A stretch of DNA of 64,000 nucleotides from Sulfurimonas sp. (GTDB lineage: Bacteria; Campylobacterota; Campylobacteria; Campylobacterales; Sulfurimonadaceae), in contig JALUWV010000025.1 in the NCBI GenBank assembly GCA_027019335.1, forward strand, positions 19,048-83,047. Direction: 5' to 3'. This document shows, in pieces, positions 30,160 to 40,158 of this stretch. The position numbers and the translations under genes are program-made. Numbering within the stretch: position 1 is the stretch's first letter; each line of letters starts with the position of its first letter. Under the pieces are notes generated by a model. It did no database searches. It was given only the letters and a program-made list of their open reading frames with translations, and was not told the DNA's origin.

Positions 30160-30633
30160 ATGGAGTGGTTAAATGATGATGAGTACTGTAAGCTAACAGG
30201 TTTGCACATGTCTGTGATTGATGAGATGGTAGAGAGTGGGAAGCTCAATGTTAAAGTAGAAGATGGTGTGCGTTTGATTGACTCTTCTACGGGAGCAAGA
30301 GAAGTAATAGTTCCTGAGAAACTCAAAGAACTCTCCCAAAGAAACACTCAAGAGATGCTTGTCCAACCAGAATTTGTAGAAAAAACGATAGGGACTATCA
30401 TCAATCTTCATGAAAAAGTACTCGATGCAAAAGATGAGACGATAGAAGCTGTAAAAGTGGAAAATACATTTTTACGTGAAGCCCTTAACTCTTTGCAAGA
30501 ACTCTACGATGAAGATAGAAAAACCATCCATACCCTCCAAGAACAGCTTAAACTCTCTCAGCAAGAGGTCGAATTTATGCGCCGTAAATATAAACTGATG
30601 TGGAACAAGGCGATAGATGAACACACAAACTAA
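30160..30633 (+). CDS. DUF3972-type coiled-coil protein
   Basis: FVEKTIGTIINLHEKVLDAKDET...RRKYKLMW; conserved position after purE in Campylobacterota. Confidence 0.8.
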   Translation: MEWLNDDEYCKLTGLHMSVIDEMVESGKLNVKVEDGVRLIDSSTGAREVIVPEKLKELSQRNTQEMLVQPEFVEKTIGTIINLHEKVLDAKDETIEAVKVENTFLREALNSLQELYDEDRKTIHTLQEQLKLSQQEVEFMRRKYKLMWNKAIDEHTN

Positions 30634-30636
30634 ATC

Positions 30637-31494
30637 ATGTTTATAGATGAAGCTTGTGTTTCGTGCATTGTAAATCAAAGCACAAAAGTTGCAAATGCTT
30701 TAGGGGCAGATGCTTCCTTAGAGCAAAAACTCTACTCGCATGTAGAAGGACTCAGTCAAACTTTTTCTTATAAAAAATCTCCTCCAGAAATAGCAGCAGA
30801 TGTGTATGAAGATATGGCGATGATTGCGAAGAGTGTAGACCTTTATGAAGCGGTAAAAAAAGCTTCCACAAAAAAAGCAGCTTCTTTCATCCCTTCATTA
30901 GAAAAAAAGCTTAAAAAATCTTCTAACAAACTCTTAACAGCTACTAAAATAGCAGTTGCAGGTAATGTGATTGATTTGGCGGCTGCTGTGGAGTTTGACT
31001 TAGAAGAGGAGCTTGAAAAGATTTTTGAGACAGCGTTTGCAGAGGATGACTTTGAAAAATTTGCTTTGAAATTAGCAAGTGCTAAGAGTCTCTTGGTTCT
31101 AGGTGATAATGTAGGCGAGCATATTTTTGATTATCTCTTCATTGAGACAGTGCAAGCATTGTATCCGCAGATAGAAGTTTCTTACATGGTACGGGGTAAT
31201 CCCATCATCAATGATGTGACAATGAAAGAAGCTAAAGAAGCAGGCTTTGATAGGCTGTGTCAGCTTGTAGATAGTGGGGTAAATACCCCTGGATTTACTT
31301 ATGATAGAGCCAATGAGGTATCGCAAAAACTTTTCGATAGTGCTGATTTAGTTGTAAGTAAGGGAATGGGGAATTATGAGTGTTTAACTCCTTCGCATAG
31401 AAGAGATATAACATTTTTACTCAAAGTAAAGTGTGGCGTTGTTGCCAACTCTTTAAACAAAAATATAGGAGATATTATATGCAAAATGGTGTAA
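30637..31494 (+). CDS. Damage-control phosphatase, DUF89/ARMT1 family
   Basis: CVSC, AVAGNVID, GDNVGE, PIINDVT, SKGMGNYECL, LKVKC. Confidence 0.9.
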   Translation: MFIDEACVSCIVNQSTKVANALGADASLEQKLYSHVEGLSQTFSYKKSPPEIAADVYEDMAMIAKSVDLYEAVKKASTKKAASFIPSLEKKLKKSSNKLLTATKIAVAGNVIDLAAAVEFDLEEELEKIFETAFAEDDFEKFALKLASAKSLLVLGDNVGEHIFDYLFIETVQALYPQIEVSYMVRGNPIINDVTMKEAKEAGFDRLCQLVDSGVNTPGFTYDRANEVSQKLFDSADLVVSKGMGNYECLTPSHRRDITFLLKVKCGVVANSLNKNIGDIICKMV

Positions 31495-31577
31495 AATTTT
31501 TAAGTAGCATTGCGTTTAAATACTAAAAAAGTCAAATAAGCTATAATTGCACACTTATAAAAACAAAGGCGATAAAA

Positions 31578-32462
31578 ATGATAACTTTTAGCGAAATGCT
31601 ACTAAAATTACAAGAATTTTGGATGAAAGAGGGGTGCAATATTGTGCAGCCTTATGACATCCCCGCAGGTGCAGGGACTTTTCATCCTGCTACTTTTTTA
31701 CGCTCTTTAGACTCAACACCTTGGGCAACAGCTTACGTGGCGCCTTCTCGTCGTCCGACAGATGGTCGCTATGGTGAAAACCCAAATCGTCTTGGCTCTT
31801 ACTATCAGTTTCAAGCGATTATCAAACCGAGTCCTGATAACATTCAAGAGCTTTATCTTAAATCTTTAGAGTATTTAGGTCTTGAGGTGAAAAATCATGA
31901 TATTCGTTTTATCGAAGATAACTGGGAATCTCCAACTTTAGGGGCGTGGGGACTTGGTTGGGAAGTATGGCTCAATGGTATGGAAGTGACACAGTTTACT
32001 TACTTTCAACAAGTTGGAGGGATAGAGTGTAACCCTGTAACAGCAGAGATTACCTATGGAACAGAGCGACTTGCAATGTACTTGCAAGGGGTAGATACTG
32101 TGTTTGATATTGTTTGGAATGAAGATAAGCAGGGTAATAAAACATACTATAGAGATGTGCATAAAGAGAGTGAAATCGAGTTTTCTAAGTACAACTTTGA
32201 AGTAGCAGATACAGAAATGCTCTTTGCAGAGTTTGAAGCGAAGAGTGAGGAGTGTTTAAAAACACTTGAAGCGGGACTTCCTTTGCCTGCCTATGATTTG
32301 TGTATGATGGTTTCTAATGTATTTAATGTTCTAGATGCACGAAAAGCTATCTCGCAAACAGAACGTCAAAACTATATGCTCAAAATCCGTGAACTCTCCA
32401 AAGGGTGTGCCGAACTTTACAAAGCACAAGAGCCAGAGCGTTTACAACGAGTACAAGCCTAA
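31578..32462 (+). CDS. glyQ: Glycyl-tRNA synthetase alpha subunit
   Basis: [40 protein letters not shown]. Confidence 0.98.
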   Translation: MITFSEMLLKLQEFWMKEGCNIVQPYDIPAGAGTFHPATFLRSLDSTPWATAYVAPSRRPTDGRYGENPNRLGSYYQFQAIIKPSPDNIQELYLKSLEYLGLEVKNHDIRFIEDNWESPTLGAWGLGWEVWLNGMEVTQFTYFQQVGGIECNPVTAEITYGTERLAMYLQGVDTVFDIVWNEDKQGNKTYYRDVHKESEIEFSKYNFEVADTEMLFAEFEAKSEECLKTLEAGLPLPAYDLCMMVSNVFNVLDARKAISQTERQNYMLKIRELSKGCAELYKAQEPERLQRVQA

Positions 32463-32472
32463 GGCCAAGAAT

Positions 32473-34263
32473 GTGAAACTTAGCAAAGAGCAAGCAACAA
32501 AATTTCAAAAGCTTGGCATTCACACTTTTTGTGAACTTGCTCTTTGTATTCCTTCTTCTTACGAAGATTATAGACTTCAAGAGAAAATCATCCCCCACCA
32601 AAACCAACTCATAGATGCGACAGTCGAATCTCTCTTTCGAGGTCCCAATAGTATTCAAATAACTTTTTTTGCACATAATTTTGGACATAATGTGACAGGT
32701 GTACTTTTTCGTCCCAAACCTTATATGATGCACCAATACAGTGTGGGCAGTCGAGATTACTATTTTGGTATGATAGAGTGTAAGATGGGTTCGTGTAGTA
32801 TGAGTATGCCCAAAAAAATCACTACAATAGGTGCCATTACACCAAAATATAAGTGCAGACTCCGAAGTGATGTCATGCTTCGGTTTGTACAGAAAAATCT
32901 GACTGTAGATGTTTTAATGCAGGAGGGATTGAGTGAAAAAATAGCCGAGGAGTTACTTACTTTCCACTTTCCAAATGAAGAGATAAAAGATTTGAAAGCA
33001 CTTCCTGAAAAAAGTCTCTATGCTTTAAAATATACAGAACTTTTTCTCTATATGAAACAACTCTCAGAAAAACGGCGATATTTTGAGCCTATCAAGTCTT
33101 TAAAAAAAACATATACTGCTTGGTTTTCAACACTGCCCTTTACTCTGACAAAAGAGCAGATAAATGCAATCGATGATATTAAAAGTGATTTTGCAAAAGA
33201 GGTGGCAGCTAAAAGAATGGTAGTGGGTGATGTCGGGAGTGGGAAAACGATGGTTATTTTAGCAGCTGCGTTTATGATGGCAAAACATCGCTCCGTTTTG
33301 ATGGCACCGACTACTATTTTGGCAAATCAACTTTTTGAAGAAGCAGAAAAATTTTTGCCCAATCTTCATGTTATTTTAGTGACAAACAAAACGAAAAAAA
33401 TTGATTTGAGTGGATATGATTTTATCATAGGAACACATGCTTTACTCTATAGAGAGTTACCACAAGTTGCATTGGTAATGGTCGATGAACAGCACCGTTT
33501 TGGAACACAACAGCGAAATATGTTAGAAAAATTGGTAAGTGAAGGAAAGAAAAAACCACACTACCTACAGTTTTCAGCCACTCCTATCCCACGAACACAA
33601 GCGATGATAGAGACAGCACATATAGATGTAAGTCTCATTACTTCCACACCCTTTACAAAAGATATTACAAGTAGTGTCATTCATAAAGATGATTTCAAAG
33701 AGTTACTCACACATATGAAGCGTGAGATAGCAAAGCAAAATCAAGTACTGATAGTTTATCCTTTAGTCGAGCAGAGTGAAGCCATAGCTTACCAAAGTAT
33801 AGATGAGGCACGAGGATACTGGGAAAAGAACTTTGAAAATGTCTTTGTAACGCATGGGAAAGATAAAGACAAAGAACAAGTTTTGTTGGATTTTCGGGAA
33901 AAAGGGAGTCTTTTAATAGCGACGACAGTAGTAGAAGTAGGTATCTCTTTACCTCGACTTACTACTGTAGTCATTGTAGGAGCGGAGCGACTCGGACTCT
34001 CAACTTTGCATCAACTCCGAGGTCGAGTGAGTCGTACAGGCTTAAAGGGCTACTGTTATCTCTATACAAATCAAGAAAAATTACAAAGACTTGAGGCTTT
34101 TGTCAAAACAACAAGTGGTTTTGACATAGCAAATTTGGACTTGAAGTTTAGAAAAAGTGGAGATTTACTCAAAGGAGTAAATCAAAGTGGTTCTCAGTTC
34201 CAATGGGTAGATTTAGCAGAAGATGCAAGTGTTGTAGAAGAGGTTAAAGCTAATCTTGAATAA
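32473..34263 (+). CDS. recG: ATP-dependent DNA helicase RecG
   Basis: GDVGSGKT, DEQHRFG, SATPIPRT, LHQLRGRV. Probable start is GTG at 32473, after the glyQ stop. Confidence 0.96.
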   Translation: MKLSKEQATKFQKLGIHTFCELALCIPSSYEDYRLQEKIIPHQNQLIDATVESLFRGPNSIQITFFAHNFGHNVTGVLFRPKPYMMHQYSVGSRDYYFGMIECKMGSCSMSMPKKITTIGAITPKYKCRLRSDVMLRFVQKNLTVDVLMQEGLSEKIAEELLTFHFPNEEIKDLKALPEKSLYALKYTELFLYMKQLSEKRRYFEPIKSLKKTYTAWFSTLPFTLTKEQINAIDDIKSDFAKEVAAKRMVVGDVGSGKTMVILAAAFMMAKHRSVLMAPTTILANQLFEEAEKFLPNLHVILVTNKTKKIDLSGYDFIIGTHALLYRELPQVALVMVDEQHRFGTQQRNMLEKLVSEGKKKPHYLQFSATPIPRTQAMIETAHIDVSLITSTPFTKDITSSVIHKDDFKELLTHMKREIAKQNQVLIVYPLVEQSEAIAYQSIDEARGYWEKNFENVFVTHGKDKDKEQVLLDFREKGSLLIATTVVEVGISLPRLTTVVIVGAERLGLSTLHQLRGRVSRTGLKGYCYLYTNQEKLQRLEAFVKTTSGFDIANLDLKFRKSGDLLKGVNQSGSQFQWVDLAEDASVVEEVKANLE

Positions 34264-34281
34264 AGGCGATTAATTCTCTTC

Positions 34282-34310
34282 TTGACTATATTATCATATT
34301 GTGATAACAT
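34282..34310 (+). promoter_or_regulatory. higBA promoter with overlapping operator palindrome
   Basis: TTGACT (34282), 17-bp spacer, TGn-TAACAT (34305); TTATCA-N5-TGATAA at 34291-34307. Confidence 0.65.
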
Positions 34311-34316
34311 GTACAT

Positions 34317-34598
34317 ATGATAAAATCTTTTAAATGTAAAAATACAAAGCAACTGTTTGATGGAAAATATCAAAAAAAGTTTTCTCAAGCAGTTAATAAA
34401 ATAGGCAAAAGAAAGCTAGATATGTTAGAAGCTTCATTTGATTGGGAAGACTTAAAAACTCCACCATCCAATAGATTTGAACATTTACAAGGTAATTTGA
34501 AAGGTTTTTGTAGCATTAGAATTAATGACCAATTTAGAGTAATATTTAAATTTGAAAATTCAAATGCTTATGATGTATATATCAGCGATTATCATTAA
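34317..34598 (+). CDS. higB: HigB (RelE-family) toxin
   Basis: MIKSFKCK, DLKTPPSNRFEHLQG, SIRINDQFRVIF, C-terminal DYH. Confidence 0.93.
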   Translation: MIKSFKCKNTKQLFDGKYQKKFSQAVNKIGKRKLDMLEASFDWEDLKTPPSNRFEHLQGNLKGFCSIRINDQFRVIFKFENSNAYDVYISDYH

Positions 34599-34610
34599 TA
34601 AGGACAAAAA

Positions 34611-34904
34611 ATGACAGTAATGAGACCAAGTACACATCCCGGAATTATATTGAAAGAAGAATTTACAATACCCTTAAAATTAACACAAGCACAACTTTCA
34701 AAAGACTTAAAAGTCGGTATCAAAACACTTAGTGAATTGTATAATGAGAAAAGGGGTATCAGCCCTCTTATGGCATTAAAACTAGCAGAGTATTTTGGAA
34801 CAACACCACAGTTTTGGCTCAATTTACAAAATGCTTATGATTTATATAAAACATATGAACAAGAGAAAGAGACTCTTGAAACAATTAATCATGTAGCTGC
34901 TTGA
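34611..34904 (+). CDS. higA: HigA antitoxin (XRE HTH)
   Basis: HPGIILKEEF, ISPLMALKL..FGTTPQFWLNLQNAYDL. Confidence 0.95.
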   Translation: MTVMRPSTHPGIILKEEFTIPLKLTQAQLSKDLKVGIKTLSELYNEKRGISPLMALKLAEYFGTTPQFWLNLQNAYDLYKTYEQEKETLETINHVAA

Positions 34905-34961
34905 GTATGAAAAATTCAGCGGAGCTAAAAGCTAATCTTTAAATTTTAAGCAGAGTGTTAG

Positions 34962-34985
34962 TATATGTATATTAATATACATATA
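34962..34985. promoter_or_regulatory. Perfect 24-bp palindrome, putative operator of the second TA pair
   Basis: TATATGTATATTAATATACATATA directly before the RBS AAGGAG and ATG 34997. Confidence 0.65.
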
Positions 34986-34996
34986 AAGGAGAGAGT

Positions 34997-35251
34997 ATGA
35001 TAGTAGCAGTAAATGAAATAGCAAAACATCCAAAGCTTATCAGTGATATTAATGAAGTAGTGTATGTGCAAGATAAAAGAAAAAAAGAACTAAAAAGTAT
35101 TGTGATTCCTGCAAGTTATGAACCATATCTACATGATGCACTCAAAGAAATAGAGTATCAAATGTGGCTCAAACGTAATGAAGGATTACTTCAAAACAAA
35201 CATCCTGAAATTCTTGAAAATGTTCTAGATGATATAGGAGATAAGATATGA
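34997..35251 (+). CDS. Putative antitoxin (Phd/YefM-like pattern)
   Basis: 84 aa, good RBS, ATGA overlap with the toxin gene, acidic C-terminus. Confidence 0.7.
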   Translation: MIVAVNEIAKHPKLISDINEVVYVQDKRKKELKSIVIPASYEPYLHDALKEIEYQMWLKRNEGLLQNKHPEILENVLDDIGDKI

Positions 35252-35595
35252 TACAACAAGGTGAAGTGTATCTTGTACATTTTGCAAAAAAATATAAGAG
35301 TGAATTTGGTAAAGTAAGACCTGCTGTTATTTTACAGAACAATTTTCTCAATCGTGCGCTTCATGATACTAATTACCAATCTGTTCTTGTAGTTCCTCTC
35401 TCAACTAAAGATGAACAGACAGATTATAAAATTGAAATTACACCAAGAGATAATCTCAAAGAGAGAAGTTTTATCGTTGCAAATTGGCTTTGTACACTTG
35501 ATATAGAAAGAATACAGTTAGACAAAGGTGTGATTACAAAACTTTCATCTTATGAGTTAGAACAATTAAAAGCAAAAATTTGTGATTTGATGTAA
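35248..35595 (+). CDS. PemK/MazF-family toxin
   Basis: QGEVYLVHF...EFGKVRPAVILQN...VVPLST. Confidence 0.9.
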   Translation: MIQQGEVYLVHFAKKYKSEFGKVRPAVILQNNFLNRALHDTNYQSVLVVPLSTKDEQTDYKIEITPRDNLKERSFIVANWLCTLDIERIQLDKGVITKLSSYELEQLKAKICDLM

Positions 35596-35599
35596 GATT

Positions 35600-37078
35600 T
35601 TACTCCTCATCCCAAAGCTCGAGTTCTCCTTCGTGAGCATGGGTATCAGCATACTCTGATTGCTCAGCCAATATTGTGTCAAGGAGTGTGAAAAGTTTGG
35701 ATGATGCTGCTTCCGTTTTTCTTTTGTTCGCGACAATTTTTTCTTTGCTAGAAAGCACATCAGAAGTTTTGAGTATTTCAAAATTTTGAAGTATCCCTTC
35801 ATGAACGATTTTATGTTGTGGCTCAATTTGTTGAAAACTTGGGGCATGTGCAAACTCTGACATTCCTTCACCATCGTACCATTTTCCAAAACGGCAGTTA
35901 TGGTGGTCTGTAAATTGTTTAAATTCTTCTTTCTCCAAATGCTCATCAGCATCGGCTTTAAAGAGAATATGGTCAATTTTGGAAAGGATGATAAAGTTTT
36001 TGTTTTTCATAAAACGGCTTGAACTCAGTACCTCTTCAGATGTTCTAGTAAATTGTGCTAAAGATTCAGAGAGGGTATGGACACTTTCAATCGATTCAGA
36101 AGCAATGGTATTGAGTGTTTCTGAACTTTCTAACATAGTTCCTGATTCTTGTTGGAGTGTGGAGATAGAGATAGTTATCTCACTGGTTGCTTTTTGCGTA
36201 CGTTCTGCAAGTTTACGCACTTCATCTGCTACCACAGCAAAACCACGCCCATGCTCTCCTGCACGTGCTGCTTCTATGGCAGCATTGAGTGCAAGTAAGT
36301 TCGTTTGGTCAGCGATGTCTTTGATGAGATCGACAACAGAGTTGATTTCAGAAGTTCTTTGCGTCAGACTACTCACAGACTCTTCATTTTGTGCAATAAT
36401 CTCTGAGAGTTTATCAAAGTTTTGATTCATTTCTTCAACGACTGCATTGTTTGAGCGAGAGAGTGAAGCGGTTTCTTGAGACTGTATAGCAAGGTTTGAG
36501 AGGGTATCATTTGTTTCAACAAGCTGATGTTGCACAGCTTGGAAGCTTTTTGTAAGGTTGTCTCCAATTTTAGAAAAGTCAGTAAAGAAATTTTTCTTTG
36601 CCTGCTCTTTGTACTCGAGTTGCATTGCTTCAATACTTTCATTGATAAGGTCTCCCGTCTTTTTAAAAGTATCGTTGAGTCCTAGGGTGTTTATTTTTCT
36701 AAAATACTTCTGCTTCGCTGCATACTCTATGGAAGTGTTTATCTCACGAAGTAGGAGTTCTAACTGGTCAAAAAGGTCGTTGAGGTTCCAGCCTAGCCAT
36801 TCGAGCTCACCCCCGCCTTGTGCATTAATGTTTCTTTGTTCAAAATTACCATCAAGTGCAGCAGTCTTTAAAAGTCGGGATGTTTTGTCTATACTTTTTC
36901 TCGTAATATTTATCTGACGAAACATAAAAATGGCGACAATGATATTAAGGATATTGAAAATTAGATGTTCTACAGAAAACTCAAAAAAAATCGAATCTAC
37001 AAGCAGTACAGTGAGTACAAGTCCAATCTGGAGATAGTTTGCATAGTGAAGTTTAGAAAGAGAGGATAAATTCGTCAT
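35600..37078 (-). CDS. Methyl-accepting chemotaxis protein (CetA-like) with C-terminal CZB domain
   Basis: Two adjacent TMs; [40 protein letters not shown]; CZB DHILFK...[10 protein letters not shown]...HKIVH. Likely start MTNLSS at 37078. Confidence 0.92.
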   Translation of the reverse strand: MTNLSSLSKLHYANYLQIGLVLTVLLVDSIFFEFSVEHLIFNILNIIVAIFMFRQINITRKSIDKTSRLLKTAALDGNFEQRNINAQGGGELEWLGWNLNDLFDQLELLLREINTSIEYAAKQKYFRKINTLGLNDTFKKTGDLINESIEAMQLEYKEQAKKNFFTDFSKIGDNLTKSFQAVQHQLVETNDTLSNLAIQSQETASLSRSNNAVVEEMNQNFDKLSEIIAQNEESVSSLTQRTSEINSVVDLIKDIADQTNLLALNAAIEAARAGEHGRGFAVVADEVRKLAERTQKATSEITISISTLQQESGTMLESSETLNTIASESIESVHTLSESLAQFTRTSEEVLSSSRFMKNKNFIILSKIDHILFKADADEHLEKEEFKQFTDHHNCRFGKWYDGEGMSEFAHAPSFQQIEPQHKIVHEGILQNFEILKTSDVLSSKEKIVANKRKTEAASSKLFTLLDTILAEQSEYADTHAHEGELELWDEE

Positions 37079-37556
37079 ATTGCATGCCTTTTTCTTGAAG
37101 TAAGTTTTTAAGTATTTTTTCACTTGCTTGCATTCCACCAACTTTCTCTGCTTGGAGAAGCTGTTTGTAGAGCGGTTCGATGATGGCGAGTGCTTCAGCC
37201 GTCGGTAGCCTTCTTGCTGAGTGGTATCCTATGGGCTTGTTGATAGAGTAGTCTATCGAAGGTGTTACATTTGCCATAACCCAGTAAAAAGAGCCATCTT
37301 TACAAAGATTTTTGACATAAGCATGAATTTCGAGTCCATTTTGAAGGTACTCCCAAAGATACTTAAAGATTATCTTTGGCATATCTGGATGACGAATGAT
37401 ATTGTGCGGTTGTCCAATGAGTTCTGCTTCTTCTAATCCTACTATCTTTACAAAAGCACGGTTAGCATAAGTAATGATACCTTTGAGGTCTGTTTTAGTC
37501 ACAAGAATGGTATCTTTTGTAAACTTAATTTCATGGTTTGTTGGCTTTACAGTCAT
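37053..37556 (-). CDS. Stand-alone Aer-type PAS protein (CetB-like)
   Basis: [40 protein letters not shown]. Confidence 0.92.
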   Translation of the reverse strand: MTVKPTNHEIKFTKDTILVTKTDLKGIITYANRAFVKIVGLEEAELIGQPHNIIRHPDMPKIIFKYLWEYLQNGLEIHAYVKNLCKDGSFYWVMANVTPSIDYSINKPIGYHSARRLPTAEALAIIEPLYKQLLQAEKVGGMQASEKILKNLLQEKGMQYDEFILSF

Positions 37557-37602
37557 CTATTTTCACTTTATTTAGTATTTATTATAATTCTAGCATAAAA
37601 AA

Positions 37603-38931
37603 TTAAATTTTTGCACTTTTATAGAGCCAAATGTAACCAATAAATCCGGCTAATAAAGAGGCAGTTAAAACACCAATCTTCGCTTGAAAAATAAGCGAAT
37701 CTTGACCTGCAAATGCAAGGTCAGCGACAAAGATACTCATTGTAAAACCGATACCTCCTAAAAAGGCAACACCAAAGAGTTGGCTTATACTACTTTCCTT
37801 TGGAAGTTTCGCGATGCCAAGTTTGATAGCAAGCAAAGCAACACCCCCTATGCCTAAAACTTTTCCAAAAACAAGACCAAAAATGATACCCAAAGAAATA
37901 GGTTGTGTAATGGTTGTGCTAATGCTTGAAAAATCTATGCTAATCCCTGCATTTGCAAGGGCAAAAAGAGGGATAATTACAAGTGAAACAGGTAAATGTA
38001 AGTCATGCTCAAGTCGTGCAGAAGGAGAAGTGACGGCATCTGTTTTGTCTTTAATGTTCAGTAAAATTGCCTTTTGTTCTTCATGCATGGTATGGTCGGT
38101 GGCTACGGGATAGTTATCGTACTCATTGAGTAAGTTTCTGATGTGTTTAGTGAAATCTACTGGAGCAAGTTTTGGTTTTGAGGGGATGGCTAAAGCTGCG
38201 ATAACTCCTGCGATGGTTGCATGTACTCCTGATTCGAGCATAAAAAACCACATGAAAATTCCTACAAGAAAATAGGCTAATATAGAGTGAATCCCAAAAC
38301 GGTTCATACTTATCATAAGAAGAAAAGCACCTCCTGCCAACGAGAGGGCTAAAAAGTGAATCTCTTGTGTATAAAAAACAGCGATGACAAGTACAGCCCC
38401 AAGGTCATCGACAATCGCTAATGCCACTAAAAAAGTCACAAGAGCAGGGGGTACACGTTTGCCTAAGAGTACAAGTGCGCTAATAGCAAACGCAATGTCT
38501 GTGGCCATCGGGATACCCCATCCATTAGCTCCTTCGCTACCATGGTTAATAGAAAAATAGATGAGTGCAGGGATAAGCATACCACCAACAGCAGAGAGTA
38601 TAGGTAAAATGGCAACTTTGATGTCGGAAAGTTCTCCTACAAGCACTTCGCGTTTTATCTCTATGCCAACGATGAAGAAAAAGACAGCCATGAGTCCGTC
38701 ATTAATCCAGTGATGTAGAGAGTGTGAGAGTTTCCATGAACCTACATTAAAATCTATGTTGACATGAAAAAGATGCTCATAAAAAGTATGCAAAGGTGAA
38801 TTTGCCAAAATGAGTGCTATGAGAGTCATTACCATGAGGACCAATCCAGTGGTTGTTTGTGCATGGATAAAGTGTTCAAATGGTGTGGCAATACGGTTAA
38901 ATGCTTTCTCCCATGGGGCATAGAGTTTCAT
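37603..38931 (-). CDS. nhaA: Na+/H+ antiporter NhaA
   Basis: WINDGLMAVFF, GWGIPMATDIAFA, LAIVDDLGA, GIGFTMSIF. Confidence 0.97.
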   Translation of the reverse strand: MKLYAPWEKAFNRIATPFEHFIHAQTTTGLVLMVMTLIALILANSPLHTFYEHLFHVNIDFNVGSWKLSHSLHHWINDGLMAVFFFIVGIEIKREVLVGELSDIKVAILPILSAVGGMLIPALIYFSINHGSEGANGWGIPMATDIAFAISALVLLGKRVPPALVTFLVALAIVDDLGAVLVIAVFYTQEIHFLALSLAGGAFLLMISMNRFGIHSILAYFLVGIFMWFFMLESGVHATIAGVIAALAIPSKPKLAPVDFTKHIRNLLNEYDNYPVATDHTMHEEQKAILLNIKDKTDAVTSPSARLEHDLHLPVSLVIIPLFALANAGISIDFSSISTTITQPISLGIIFGLVFGKVLGIGGVALLAIKLGIAKLPKESSISQLFGVAFLGGIGFTMSIFVADLAFAGQDSLIFQAKIGVLTASLLAGFIGYIWLYKSAKI

Positions 38932-38991
38932 TTCTTCTTCCTTAAAAGTATTTGTTTGGTTATTATAACTAAAAATGTGTATAATGTTTTT

Positions 38992-40158
38992 ATGAATTTA
39001 GAAGAAATAAAAAGAAGAAAAATTTTACTTTTTGGAAAACCACGTGCTTTTTCACAAGCAGAGTTTGATGCACAACTTGCACATCATGCCATAGTACTTG
39101 TCACAGAGTATGCCGAAGATGTTGCTTATGTTGTTGATGGTCGAATGATGACGCCTTATGAACAGATAAAAAGTGATACACTCTATGAAGAGCAGGGGGT
39201 TAAGGCATTCTCTATAGATGTTTTAGAGCGAGAACTTGCAAAAAGTATCAATGAAAAAACACTTTTGATGAGTCTGAAGCTTTCACATGATAAAGAGCGA
39301 CTCAAAAGCTTTTTACAAAACACAATGATTCCGGATACACTCTTTTTTCAGTTGATACAAATGTATGACTGGAAGGGTGAAGATTTTTTTGAAAATGATG
39401 CAAACCGTGATGTGAGTGCTGCCTTTATAGGACGCTTTTATGAAAACATAGAACGCAATCATAATGTTCAGTATGCTACAACAGGTTTTATGCATCTTGT
39501 TGCACAGGCAAAAACAAGTGAACTTTTAAATGCGATTGCTGCACTTGAACCACTCCAATTTCACCCCAAGATAAAAACAGCGATTGCCATGAATGTCTCT
39601 CTTGAAGCGAGTACACAAATGAAGTTTGCACAAAAAGGCGGAGAACAGATACTTGAAGCACTCTCTCTCAATAGTAATCTTGCAGAGCCTTTGATAGAAC
39701 AATTTTTACTTGATGAGGGATTAAAATACAATGTGATTCGCTTTGTAAAACTGACGGAGAGACTTTTTGAAATGTTTGTTAGGGAGTATAAAGAAGTCGC
39801 ACAAAACGAGAGTTTAACACTACAAATGCAAGAGGAACTTTTAGCAATGGAAGATAGAGAAGTAGAACTCTTTTTGGCACAAAATGAGAAAATAGCACTC
39901 TCAACAGTCGAAAAATTACTTCAAAATGCTGGAGAAGCATTAGCACTTCATGTCTATACCAATAGTGCAACACCGCAAAATATCCTCCAAGAAGCCTACA
40001 AAAATCCTGTTTATCATGAGGCACTTGCGAAAAATGAAAATACTCCTGTTGAGATTTTGTATCAACTCCAACTTGATGGACGCTATGAGCGATTTGTCAA
40101 AACAAATGCAGGTTTTGGAAAACATATACAAAGTGAAAATATAGGATGGTTAGTGTGA
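38992..40158 (+). CDS. Hypothetical protein with BRCT-like N-terminus and leucine-rich-variant (LRV) repeats
   Basis: Repeats VAQNESLTLQMQEELL, LAQNEKIALSTVEKLL, LAKNENTPVEILYQL. Likely start ATG 38992. Confidence 0.7.
   Translation: MNLEEIKRRKILLFGKPRAFSQAEFDAQLAHHAIVLVTEYAEDVAYVVDGRMMTPYEQIKSDTLYEEQGVKAFSIDVLERELAKSINEKTLLMSLKLSHDKERLKSFLQNTMIPDTLFFQLIQMYDWKGEDFFENDANRDVSAAFIGRFYENIERNHNVQYATTGFMHLVAQAKTSELLNAIAALEPLQFHPKIKTAIAMNVSLEASTQMKFAQKGGEQILEALSLNSNLAEPLIEQFLLDEGLKYNVIRFVKLTERLFEMFVREYKEVAQNESLTLQMQEELLAMEDREVELFLAQNEKIALSTVEKLLQNAGEALALHVYTNSATPQNILQEAYKNPVYHEALAKNENTPVEILYQLQLDGRYERFVKTNAGFGKHIQSENIGWLV

Larger units (their letters stand above)
34246..34939 (+). repeat. 12-bp direct repeat AAAGCTAATCTT flanking higBA
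   Basis: Copies at 34246-34257 (last codons of recG) and 34928-34939. Confidence 0.6.

Noticed and set aside
31578-32462. glyQ without adjacent glyS
   Set aside because: Separation of the two subunit genes is normal in Campylobacterota.
32335-32472. Long N-terminal extensions in the ORF track (recG; likewise 19606, 37141, 38857, 41111, 45714, 51210, 54153, 55174)
   Set aside because: They overlap upstream genes or promoters; downstream starts fit RBS, promoter and family N-termini better.
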